This document shows, one piece after another, positions 40,585-52,835 of a DNA stretch of 64,000 nt. The number at the start of each line of letters is the position of its first letter. Position 1 is the stretch's first letter. The DNA is from the human T2T-CHM13v2.0 reference genome, Homo sapiens. The position numbers and the translations under genes were made by a program. Location: assembly GCF_009914755.1 (NCBI RefSeq), contig NC_060928.1. One strand, 5' to 3'. Below the pieces are notes generated by a model. It did no database searches and was not told the origin of the DNA. It saw only the letters and a list, made by a program, of their open reading frames with translations.

Positions 40585-41625
40585 AACGACCACCAGGAAA
40601 ACATTTATATTTGAACAACTTTTGTGTACTAATTGCAGTGAGAGAGAATACACATCGTGGGGACTGACCGAGATGACCTCAAAGTTCCCCTTAGTTTGTC
40701 TAAACTTTAGACAGATTTCTTCCTGACTGTGGGTCCCTGACCTCCCTGTCTCAGAGCATCTACTTCAGAAAACTTGCAATTATAAGTGCTTTCTCTATCC
40801 CTTCAAGAAGTCAATCTTCTCTCAGCCTCTTGCCAGTTTTACAACCCATAAATGTCTTTTTCAAGGACTTGGAAGACATCCCTTTGAAATGTAATCATCA
40901 AGAAAGAGAGAATACCTTATTTCCTATTCTCTGTGGGAATCAGAAGCTTACATGTAATAAGTGCCAACTAGCAAACAGAGATGGCCTAGTCACAGTGACC
41001 CACCTCCCTCCCATGTCCTCCAGTGCTTTTCCACTAGCTCGCCCTGGTGCTTAACATCTCTTCTGCCTTTTGTGTCAGCAGACTGAGTTCAGTCCCTCTC
41101 TCTTTTGCAGTAGTCTTGAATAAAATCTTCCTTGCCTGTTTAATTCCATCTGGTGCAACTTTTCTTTGACAGAAACTATGGGTCATTTCAGTAAGGGGGA
41201 GTTAGGACTTCCAAGATTTGAGTTATGGTTGGGTAAATTTGGAGAGGATCTAAGGAAGTGGGAACTTACTCTGTCAGAAAGCAAAGAAATTCTATGAATG
41301 AGTGTCAGTGAATCTTATTTATAGAGAAGGCAGACTAGAGAGGACAACAGTGTAATTGGTCAAGAAGTAGTAGCAGTCACTCATTTAATGAGAGAGGGGA
41401 CATTTTGTGTTTTGTGGGTTGTGCAGTTAACTTGTTTTGGTCTCAATTTATTATGGTCTCACAACAACCTTGTTTAATGTTGATGTTCTGTGAAACAATG
41501 TATGTCCAACAGAGGAACAAAATGGCCTGACTGTGAGCATCAGACCAGCTTGTAATAACATCGAGACCTAGCTGCCGGGTCAGATCAGCTTCCAAATGTC
41601 AGGGGCGGCTGTTTTTCCTTCTTAC
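40585..41625 (-). mobile_element. ERV1 LTR (LTR37-like) hosting a second LTR
   Basis: GAGAGAATACACATCGTGGGGAC | insert | GAAACTATGGGTCATTTCAGTAAG...AAATGTCAGGGGCGGCTGTTTTTC. Confidence 0.55.
40665..41171 (+). mobile_element. MER67/MER31-group ERV1 solo LTR
   Basis: TG..CA termini; TAAACTTTAGACAG, CCCTTTGAAATGTAATCATCAAG, AATAAA near the 3' end. Confidence 0.75.
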
Positions 41626-42254
41626 TTTCTCACACCAAAAAGGAAACACTGCTGCCGCACTTACAAAGCTTTTTAAGGCATAAGACAAAATAATGGTTTG
41701 GGAATTTATGTTTTTAGAAGATCAGAAATGTCTATTCTGACATATATACACAAACACGTACACTTTCTCTCTCTCTTATAATGATCATGAAAATTGCGTC
41801 TGACTTACTATGATCTTGATGAACTAGGAAGAAACCTTACCTTAGGTAATGGTGTGAATAAAATGCTATCAATAAATTACAGAGTCAGGGGTATTTTGTC
41901 TATGCTCACCTCGCATATTCAGGATCAGTCTGTGTTCTTTGAAGTTGATAACTGGCAAGTTTAAGACTTATTTTGTCTTGGAAAGAAGGTCCTATTTATT
42001 CCAGGGGCTCATTGGTTTTGCTGAGTTGGATAATTGTTCATATCAATAGGGTCTATGCTGGAGATGAGATGAGGCTCTCCCTGGTTGAATGATATTCTAG
42101 AACCAAGACTATCAGCTGGCTGTACTGCACCTGCAAGGCCTGTTCTTGCATCCCTGAAGTGAGAATACATTTGGCTGAATTCTGCAGGCTCATTTTGATC
42201 TTAGTGAAATATCAGTCCACTGGATCTTCAGTTCATTTGTGTAAAAGACACTGT

Positions 42255-42570
42255 GCATTCATTTATTCATTCACTTATCCTTCCAGAAATCACTGAACAC
42301 CTCCTATATGACAGATGCTGCCCTAGATACTGGATAAACATTAGTTAATAAACCAGAATTTTATGGATTGTAGCATTTACAGAGAGACAGACAATAAGTA
42401 GACAAATAAATAAAAATACATCAAGTGTTGTGAATAAGAACAATGGTTATATTAAAAGTAACTGCAGGAAAATAAGCATAAAGATTCAGCTGTCTCTGAA
42501 GAGCTGAATTTAAGCTGAGACTTTAAAGTTGAGAAAGAATCCGTCATGCAAATATTGATGTGAAGAACGA
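42255..42570 (-). mobile_element. L2 3' fragment
   Basis: CATTCATTTATTCATTCAC...CACTGAACACCTCCTATATGACAG. Confidence 0.75.
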
Positions 42571-43129
42571 ATTCCTTTCACTCTCCTTCATAGTTGATCC
42601 ATCAGCATAGATTTAATTAATAGCCTGATGCCATTGTTTTGTTTTATTTATACAACATTTACTTGCTTGGCTGGGTCTCAACCCTCATTAAATTGTGTTC
42701 TTTTACATTACATTTACACTTAACATTTTTATTAACATAGTTACCGTTACAGCTTGACCCATAATGTCTCACAAATAGATGTTGCCGTTAAGTTGTGTAG
42801 GCAGGATGCTTTATCTTACTTTTGAGAATCTGTTAGTTTTCCATGGTGTTAAGGACAGTTTTCTTTTCGTAAGAGTTTCTGACAGTGAGAAGTATCAGCT
42901 TGTATTTGTAGTTTTGATATATAGGTTAAGATCCAACAGCTTATCAGTTTTATATAGATCAATACAGTTAGGAAAAGCATGAAGCCATGGTTCCTGGTCA
43001 GTTTAAATCTTTTTGTCATTTCCAATGGCCTGCTGACAAGTTTCAGAGCTGTCTATTGAAAGAACAGAGACACAGAAAGAGATAAAGAGAGAGAGAGAGA
43101 AACTTTCCGTCCCTTCCTCATTACCTCTT

Positions 43130-44560
43130 CTGAGCTTTTTTGTGTTGCAGTCCCTATAAGTGACATGACCATCTTTCAGTTCCCTCTGATTCTAAATCTT
43201 GATCAGACAGGCTTCTCCCTCTCCTTCTCCTTGCACATTCAAGTAGTCACAGAATCTTTTCACTAAGTCTGATTTTGCTCTTATCTTTTTACCTGGATGT
43301 TTTCTATCTTGAGTCCCTATTGTTCTAGATCTGTGCTGCCCACTAAGACAGTCATTAGCCACATATGGCTATTTAAATTTAAATTCAGTGAAATTATACA
43401 TTCAGGTCCTTGGTTGTACTAGCTACATTTCAAGTTCTTAAAAGCAACATGTGGCTTGTGGTTACTGTATTGGACAGAACAGATACAGAACATTTCTGTT
43501 ATTTCAGAAAGTTCTCCTGGGCAGTGCTGGCCCATATTGTTATAACAGCCTCTCTGCGCCCCAGACTGTGTGGGTTCTCAAGTAAAGCCAACCCCACCTT
43601 ATCCTACCCCTTTCTTTCTGCCAAAATTAATCTATTCAAAGGGCTAATCTAGATATTTTGCTCCATTGATTAAAAATCATCAATGAGTTTCTCCTTAACT
43701 TTCTAATTAAATCCAAACTCCTGGCCCTGATATTCATCATGCTCTAAGATCTAATCTCATTTTCCACTCATACAATTAGCAAATATTTTTAAAAGTGGTG
43801 ATACTCAGTTCTGGCAAAGGAAACAGTGAGGCTGTTTCTCTTGCATATTGATGGTAAATTGGCATGTTTCTAGAAATAAATATGGCAAATGCAGCAAGAC
43901 ACTTAAAGTGAATATACCATTTACTTCACTAATTTCATTTCTGACAATCTCATCTTTAAAAACTAGCTAAAGATATAATCAAAGTTATATACCAAAGGGC
44001 ATTCATCTCAGCTTACTATTTGGGAAAAATTGGAAATACTCTAAATGCTCAAACAAAAGGGAAATGCTTAAATCAATTAGGCTACATCTACACTAATGAT
44101 TCTCAACATGGTAATCTTGATGCCACAAAAATACTTATAGCTTCATTTCCTGCCACTTCATTTGTTCTTCCATTGCTTCTAAACTCCAGGCACATCAAAT
44201 ACATAATACTGAACCTTCATTTTTTGTATAAACTCTATTGTCTGCTTGAATTTTTTTTTTTAAATTTTGGACCACCTAATGTTTACTGATGCTTTAAAAC
44301 CTGCTCAGATTTTATCCCCTTCATGAATTCTTAGACTTCCTCCACCAGAGTTGATAGTTCCTTTACACTCACATGGCACTTGTGTAGCATATATTATGTT
44401 TTATTTGCAATTTATAGCTCATGTATTTATGTCTCCCACTCATGAAATATAAAATCTCAGAGGCTAGAATAGTTTCTTTTTTTTAATCATTGTGTCTATA
44501 GTATGAAGGACAGTATCTGGCCCATTTTAAATACTAAATAAAATATTCCTGAAGAAATAA
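43130..44560 (+). mobile_element. Degraded L2 with embedded L1ME-like fragment (~43780-44100)
   Basis: AAATCCAAACTCCTGGCCCTG and GGACAGTATCTGGCCCA (L2); GATACTCAGTTCTGGCAAAGG...AAATAAATATGGCAA (L1M). Confidence 0.55.
43328..43530. mobile_element. MER3-like hAT-Charlie MITE
   Basis: TAGCCACATATGGCTATTTAAATTTAAATT...CATGTGGCTTGTGGTTACTGTATTGGACAG...GGGCAGTGCTG. Confidence 0.85.
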
Positions 44561-47500
44561 ATGTAGGAGAGAAATAAATGTAACCGTAATAATTAATGCC
44601 TGGAAGGTCCAGTGAATGCTGTCAGATCTTCTTTTTCTTTTTTTAAATAATAGAGTTGGGGAAAATCGATCTGAGAAAAGAGAAGATAACCATAGAAATG
44701 AACTGAAGGAATGTCAAAGGTTTAATTTTGTGTTATTGTTAATGTTAATCCTCTTCAGGCTGTGTAAACTTTGTTCAGTTAAGCAAATATTCCAGAAGAC
44801 AAAGATTTTATATTTACTGGGAAATTCACAGTTGCAAGTGTCTGTGTGTTCCCAGTATCCTTAGGAACCTTAGCAAATAACTAACAGATTTGCATTTTCT
44901 TTCCACCTAAAGTGAAAGGTCTCTAGGTCCCTCACTGAACAATGACATTAAATAAATACTTAGAAAACAGGCACAGAGTTGGTAAAAGGGATTTGGGTTG
45001 ATCTTTGATTTTGGAATAGATTACTCACAGATATTATAGCCCAGTAAAGAGAATAGAATTAAAATTACATTTATAATTATATTTGTACTCACTCCATATG
45101 CACTGTTAACATAGGCTTTAAAAATCATGACTTTTATATATCAGGCAGGTCAGGTAATTTTAAAACAAATATTCAGTTCGAAGTGAAGCAAACTCATGGA
45201 GTAGGGAAAAATGATCCTAATATGCCACAACTTTTAAAAAAATTACATTAAAAATGCATGCATAGTATTTCACCACCAAATCACCCAATTTTATAGCGTA
45301 TATTTAGGGAGCAGAAACATTAAATTCATCAAACTCACCTAATTTTGGATGCCGCATAAATAAATAATGAAAGAAAGTCAATAAATCTGAATCTCTTCTT
45401 TATATTTATTTATACAAACTTATATTTTCAAGAATTTACATAATAATTTATATGGAGAAATGCCCTGTGGGGATGTCTGTCATCAATCCTTGTCAGAGCA
45501 TTTTGACGTTAGCCAAATTTATAAATTTTGTTTTACATATAGTGAAGAAGGGGACAAGAAGATGGCAATTTCTTGAAAGTGGCAAATCAAGATTCTGAAA
45601 AGTTGAGTGGAAAAAATTCTTGATTTTCACTTGTAAAGTGGAGATTTGAATATCAGTGTTATTTGATGCCAGGCATATTATCACTGACAAATGTGTAGAA
45701 AAGGGAATAGATGTGGTCCATGGGCCCTGGGATGATGCGGATGTTTATTTGCCAATTTCTAATTTTTAATTTGTTCCTAATTATTTAGTTGTTTTAAGTA
45801 TATGTTTTTGTAATTAAATGTAAGTATGTGGTTTTTTATTTATTTTATTTTTAAAAATATGTTACCCCGTCTTGAGGTCTCAGGGGCATTCAGTTTCTGT
45901 TCCCAAATAACTGGCAACTACTCACATGTACTGGCAGCGAAATCTGATGGATGAAGGAAAACTCTTGACTGGCTTCTTAAAAGCCTAGTGAAGAGGTAGT
46001 TCCAACCTTAAATACTGTGGGAGTAAGAATGTCACAGCAGGTCACAACAGAGATCTTGTCCCAATTACACAAGAAGAAGAAGAGCAGGAGGCCTTTGAGA
46101 TTCCCTCCAACTGTAGCATGCAGGCCCAGTGGGTCGGTCTGCTAGAGAATACATCCACATGGCTGGAAAAAAACTGCTTCAGAGTCTTCCCTGAGCAAAT
46201 GCAGTAATTGTACTCACTGGAACATGTTTTCTCCCAGAGGCATGGTGATTCTCTGAGGGAGACCACTGGGCTCTTTGGAGAATTCTTACAGCATTTCAAA
46301 ATTTTTTAGTGGATTGTGTTGTATAGTCCTGGCCCACTTTAGAAAATAGTACAGTATATTTTTGCCTCTAAATACATTTGATTTTCATAACATTTTCTCA
46401 GCCTGAATCCTGGGACTAGGTGAAAATTTGCCTCAGCAAGAGTCTTCTATTTTCTTTTGTGCATTGCTTCTTTAGAAAGAGGCAAAATCATTTTGCTGAC
46501 AAAGTAATTTCTAAAGCTTGTCTAAACTGCATTCACTGAAGCCAAACCAGTTTATTCTCTTTTCTAAAAATCCCCCCAAATTTTGTCTTAGTGTTAAACT
46601 ATTTACTCCCTTTATAATCCTCATCTAGTCTGTATGGTTTATATGACCTGCATTATTGCCTGATGATCTTTTTGTTTACTTCCATTAAGAAACAAACTTC
46701 TTCTCTTTTGGTTCCTTTATCTGGTCCTTTAAACTTACACTAAATGTCTTTGTTATTTATATATCTAAAGTGCGTGATCTTCCAAGAAGTCTAGCTTCAT
46801 TAGTTGAAGCAGATGAAGAGCCCTCATTCAATCAACTATGGCTCACCACCCTGATCAGTTCCTCAATATGACCCTACTTAGCTCCAGGAAACATTTTCAC
46901 TCAGCCATGTTTCTTAGTTTCTTAGCCTTATTTATTTATTTATTTTTAATATGGGAAGAGAAAAACAGTAAGAAGTTTTCAGTTTTGAGTATAAGCTTAG
47001 TACCATACCTGTATTGGTGGAAGAGAGGGGCAGGGTAGTACCTTATTACAGGTTCCTATGCTGACAGGTCGAGCACATACTGGGAATTCAGGCAAATGAT
47101 CCTTTAACTCAGTGTTAACTTGGGTGGGGGAAAAAGGGTCTATGTGAAAGTTCCAGAATGACCCTTCCATTCTTTAGAATTTTCCCCAGTTCCCTACAGT
47201 ATAATAGTCTTTCAAATGCAGGCCTGAGATTCTTCATATATTCAGGGTGGGTTAGAAACATGCTGCCTCTTATGAACTTTTTTTTTTTTCTTCTTTCCTT
47301 ATGGGATGTTTAGTTCTGTTAGTTTAGTTTAGTTCTTTTCTAGTCTTCTAGGGTACTGATTGTCCTTGGCTCTGCTGTTGCTCCTCTTTAGGTTCCTCTA
47401 AGGAGTTGGGGGAACCAGCTTGGACCACACGACAGAGTAACTGGAAGACAAACAAGACATTCACACTGCAATGTTGCCCGTTTCCCAGCAGATTCCCATA

Positions 47501-47749
47501 TATGAATGAAGCAAGGGCTCTGTTTCTTTTTTGTCACTACTAATTGACAAGTTTTGTCAAACTCTGATTTTGGTGTACACTTTGCTTCAAAAAGGGAGAT
47601 GGGAGGAAAAAGTAAACCATCTATTAACAACACCTTTTTTTGCTAAAGATATCCTTTCAGCTCTTGAATGTGGGATATGATCAGTTTCCTGTTAATGGGT
47701 AAAGAAGCCTGCTGAATTAATTGGGTTATCATGGATAAATGGAAGGAAT

Positions 47750-48225
47750 ATATGACACCATTTCTCTGCTCAAAACCCTCTGATTGCTTCCTGTCTAAAG
47801 ATAATGAAATCCAGTCTTCACCGCAATCTATAAGACAAAATACAATCATATCCCTGACTTCTTCTCCAGTTCATTCCTAACCATACTTTCTTGAACACTC
47901 TTCTCTGGCTTTATTAGCCCAATTGCTGTTTCTTGAATACATCAAATATGATATTGTCACAGAGTCGTTGTGCTTGCTCTTCCTTCTGCTTGGGACACTT
48001 TTCTTCCAAATGTTTACTTCACATCTCTAGTCAACTGTTACCTTCAGTGAGAGGCAGCCCGACCACTCATTTAAGACAGCATGCCCAAACGGCTTTTATT
48101 TTTCCCATTGTCCTTATCATTATAAACCACTGGAACAGAGATTTTATTCTATTCACACTGCCACATTTCCTAACAACTAAAGAAATGCCTGGTTCATAGG
48201 AATCAGTCAAAAAATATTAATTAAC
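47750..48225 (+). mobile_element. L2 fragment
   Basis: TCTGCTCAAAACCCTC...CCTTCAGTGAGAGGC...ATGCCTGGTTCATAGGAATCAGTCAAAAAATATT. Confidence 0.7.
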
Positions 48226-49372
48226 TTTATTTTTATTAATGGGTCACTTTATTGGCTACTACTATGACCCATAAATGGGCTGCAGTTGCAGTTGTTATTG
48301 CTTCAGAGATGCTACCTTTTGTGTTGCAAGTAATGATGAAATGATGAATCGAATACCTACGGCAGGTATCAAGAGTAGATTTTACACAGGCCTGGGCCTT
48401 ATGGCCCAAGATGGTAGAGACTATTGAGGCAAAAATACAACATAGGCTTAATTCATTCAGAAAACACAATCAAAATGGCATATTCAGTCAGTTATGACCC
48501 ACAATTCATTGAAGTGAGTTTGCATTAATATTTCATCTTTAATAACAAAGTTATCTGAAACATGGGCAAGGTGCTATGATGACATACTTCTTTACCTCCT
48601 TCAGCCAGGATTGAGTAATTCCTGGGGTAAGTAGTTTTTCATATGGTGTTATACAAATAAAAGAAGATTTGTTTTTGGTTTGGTGGCTCTCTGTCTTGAT
48701 CCATTCTGACCAAGAAACAGATTTAAGAGTTAATTATATGGAAAATGTTTCAATTATTAAGAATAAAAATATTTAAAACTCCTGTATGTCATACTCAAAT
48801 GGATCCACAACCAGAGAAATTTAGTGAAATTTATTTAAAAATTAACAGAAATGTCTGGAAATGTCTGGACATTAACAGAAATGTCTTTTTCTTTGATTCA
48901 AATTGGAGTATCACATGCCCTTTCTGGCACCATGGCCATGCTCTTGCAAGGGTAGTAGGTAGAAAGAAAAATCTGTCTCACTCCATGAAATTTCCCATGG
49001 ATTTAACCACATCAGAATTTCTTTGGGATTCTGATACAAAGTAATTTAGTTAAATAGAAGTTATAAATCTGTAACTGACTTGAAAATAAATCTTGCAATA
49101 TTTCTTCTTTGACCATAAACTTCATCTCAATAACAACATTACACTGCCACATGTAGATTTCAATTAGATCCCAATTTTGACTAAGTATGGCTTTCTATGT
49201 ATTTAGTTTTAAAAAAATTCCTTTTTTTTTTTTTTTGTGAGTTACAGTCCTTACTGCATCCCAGCAGGTCTGACATTGTTTTGGTCTTTTTCTTTCAGTT
49301 GCAACTGTAATTCATATTCTTAAGGTTAGGAACACAAAGCCTGCAACCAGCTCATTAGTGGATTTGGTCATT

Positions 49373-50653
49373 ATGCTCAAATTATACATTAATTTTACCT
49401 GAATTACTTGGAGCCAAGTAACAACAACAACAAAAAGCCTGCCTCAATATCTGCTTCCTTAAAGGTTATTGAATTCAACCATATTGAGATAATACCTTTA
49501 AATTAACATTTATATTGAACTTTGCAGATATGCAGTTCTTAAATTTTTGAACTTGGTTACTCAAATCATAGAAATTGCATCCCAACTAGATCTTCTGGCC
49601 TCCAACCTTTCTCTTATCTCACTCATTCATTATCTTGTCACCAAAGTTGTTTCTCTAAGTCACAGATAGGGTTATGTGTCGTCCTGCTAGGAAACTGGCT
49701 ATGACTCCTCCCAACCTATGGAATTAAGTTCAAATCCCATTGTGTAGTGTTCAAGACTATTTATAATCTCATCTCAGTCTGCCTTTCTAACCTCATCTCC
49801 TGCATACACACAACTACTGCCACACATACCTTTCATACACTGAATTTAACAGATGAGCCATAATTTTCTAGTCATGCATACATTTTCATGTCTCTATACT
49901 TTCGCTTATGCTTTTTGCTCTGTCTGAAATGAACTTTCTCCCCTTTTCAATTTGGTTAAGTCCAACTCAACCAATATGTCACCTCCTCTGCAGTCTACTC
50001 TGACCCTCCACCTCTTCCCTTACCTCAGAAAGAAGTTATCACCATTCCCTCCAGTATTCAGCATGAATGAACAGAAGGCTGTTACTAAAAAGTAAAAATA
50101 AATTACCATATATTACCAGTTAAGTCATTGGATGTATATTTTATGGTATTTTATTCATTTTAAACTGAAAAGCTTCATAAAATTACTTGTAAAATCTGTT
50201 CTCTGTGATCTGTATTCATAGAACACATAAAAAAACAGCATTGCTACTGTTGGCTGGGCCATTAGTCCTGTGAATCGACTAGTCTTACACAAATATCAAA
50301 TGTCCACCAGTTCAAAAAGAGGCCATTTACACAGAATACTTTGGGGCCCATATCTGGATTGGATCTGTTTGCCCTGAGTTCCTTGGAAAAGGACCCTAGC
50401 TTCAGCCCTCATCTCACAGACCCATTCGCATCAGCTGATCAGCCAGTGTAGAGGAAACTAAAACGGTATGACACGTGCTCGACAGAAGAAGCAACAAGAT
50501 ATAGTGGGATGGTTTTAGAGGCTTGAGGAAAGCTTCCAGAAGGAAGGATCGCTAACTTGAGAATTGGCATGGGAGTGGGTATTAGGAATTAGACTAATGC
50601 TCAAATTATACATTAATTTTACGTGAATTACTTGGAGCCAAGTAACAACAACA
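49373..50653. repeat. 57-bp dispersed direct repeat (49373-49429 and 50597-50653)
   Basis: ATGCTCAAATTATACATTAATTTTAC[C/G]TGAATTACTTGGAGCCAAGTAACAACAACA, 56/57 identical. Confidence 0.97.
49570..50072 (+). mobile_element. L2 fragment
   Basis: AAGTTCAAATCCCATTGTGTAGTGTTCAAGAC...ending GAATGAA. Confidence 0.65.
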
Positions 50654-50879
50654 TTAGAAGAATTCTAATGTTGAAGCAAAAGAAATTCATTAAGGATGGA
50701 GCATGCTGGAGTTGGTGTGTGCATATGAGTAGATGTGTGTATAGGTGTAGTGGAGGCTTCCCATAGGGGGAGAAGATGAGAAAAGCAGAGACCAGATATT
50801 CAAAAGTCAAATATATTTTTTAATCAAAGTATCTTCTAAACATTAATGCTTTCTTTATCTGGTTACTTTTAGAGTTCTA

Positions 50880-51110
50880 TCTATTAACATTTAATTAATG
50901 AGTGCCAACTATGTGCAAGGCACCCTGTTAAGTCCTTGGGAAACAAAAAAATAATTTACTATCTTAATATAGAAGAGAGAAAACCTGCATACAAATAACC
51001 ATAATACAAGGTAGAAAGTGATACATGCTACAAGAGAGACAAAAAAAAAAAAAAAACAAAAAAAACAAAAAAACAATGCTACGGAAGTTTAGAGGAGGGA
51101 GAATTCACAC
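50880..51110 (-). mobile_element. L2 3' fragment with A-rich run
   Basis: AATGAGTGCCAACTATGTGCAAGGCACC. Confidence 0.7.
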
Positions 51111-52583
51111 ATTTATATGTGGCTAACCTATTTTTACTAACACTATGATAATCTTAGCTATGTGGCTTATCTCAATCATGGTGATGCTAATTTTGCAACT
51201 ACTTTGACTTTCTGTAGTGTACAGTCCTTAGACAAAAACACCCTATTTATGAGACAAACTTGATGTAATTACTGAGTGTTTGCAGGCTGATTACTAGAAT
51301 GAAATTAAAACCTGAGTTTCAGTGGGTTTAAGCTGTAAATGAATGGAAGTAATAAAAATTGAAGCTCACTATTTCTCAAACTTGGGGACCATGCCAGTTA
51401 AGTGTGGGTCAGTGTAGAGTTTTAATTACTGGGAATGGGTGAAAAGAAAAATTCAGAAAAATTAAGTTGAAAGTATTATTAATGTTCAAACAGTAGGCTT
51501 TTAATCTGGGTAAATGCTCTTCCTGTGAAGGAAAAAGTTTAATTTGTGAAGAGACACCCTTGTTTTCACTGTAAGACACCTATGCTCCCTATCTGAGTGG
51601 ACACCACCAAACTAGAGGGAGTCTATCCCATTAATAGACTCATGTATGTAGTTGGTGATGACGAGCCTCTATTTTCCCAAGCACCTGCAGGCTCATCTCC
51701 ACTAGTTGGTGAGCCCAAAATCACCAGGCCTAGTAATAGGATATCCCAATGCATCAGATGAAGAGATTAGAATTAGTTCTGTTCTAAGTCCAGCCTTGTG
51801 TTCATTGAGCTGTGATCATTTTTTTGTAAACGCTGCTGAGCTTGCCTGTCAGGCTTCTAAGACTGGTGCTCATATCCTTCTGTCTTTAAGCAGATGGTGC
51901 TATCCTGTCAGCAGAAATAATTGTTACTTTCCATCCCCTTGAAATAACAGTGGTCAGAGCTAACGTCTTGTACTTAATTTGATCCCTCAAGCAAACATTT
52001 TTAAAAGGCAAATGTAGCAAATGCAACCTAGTGGAAAAGCTCAAGACTCAGAGTTGGATTTTGGATTCATTTGCTTAGTAATTATGTCACTGGGATAGAT
52101 TGGTATATGTCTTTGAGTTTTCATTTAGTCATTTGCAAAATGGATTGCTATGGGATTAAATGTGAAATATAAACATAAGGCTTTAAATGCTATATAGGAT
52201 AAGGTATTATTTATTGAAGATCAAAAGCTCTTTGATAATTAGAAGTGTTTTTCTATTTTCCCAAATCTTACACATAGGGACATTTATTATAGCCATTCAA
52301 TCTAGAGATCAAAGTGAAGGTGCCATTCTTCCAAATGTGTAGTTGAAGACACTTCCAGAGAGTAAAGATGAGTGTGATTTTATTTACCTTTCAAGGGTGT
52401 GTATAGACACACAAGCTAATTAAAAGATATGGTCACATTGGTAAATTCAGTAAGCTAAAAATGTACCTTATATTTCTTTTGTAAATGGTATATTATTCCA
52501 TCAACTCCATTTTCATACATTCACATAGAACAGGAGTATTTAAGTGAAAGAATATTTCAGAAAAAAGGAGGACAGGATAGTAA

Positions 52584-52835
52584 TTACAACCCAACTTGTC
52601 TTGTGCTGACAGCAGCCAACTCATTTATTAAGTCAATGTAGTCAAGTAACACGGCAACATCACATTTGATTGAAATCTTGGCCAAGTCTGACAGATGTTC
52701 TCTACTCATTGTCAATCTCAAGTATGTTTTAATGAGTTTCAAGTGGCTGGAGCTCCCCTCTGCAGGTGCCACTGTTGCAGAGATTGTGAACAGATTCTTC
52801 AGGGCAATGGGTTTTGTATTTAATAAGCAGTGCAT
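52584..52835 (-). pseudogene. Fossil hAT transposase C-terminal dimerisation domain (Tip100/Zaphod-like)
   Basis: Translation IALKNLFTISATVAPAEGSSSHLKLIKTYLRLTMSREHLSDLAKISI..LDYIDLINELAA matches the hATC pattern T.P.TVASAERSFSKLKLIKTYLRSTMSQERL..LA..SIE. Confidence 0.85.

Noticed and set aside
51695-51905. CTCF-like CCACTAGTTGGTG and AAGCAGATGGTGCTA
   Set aside because: Mismatches at core positions; cannot be supported from sequence alone
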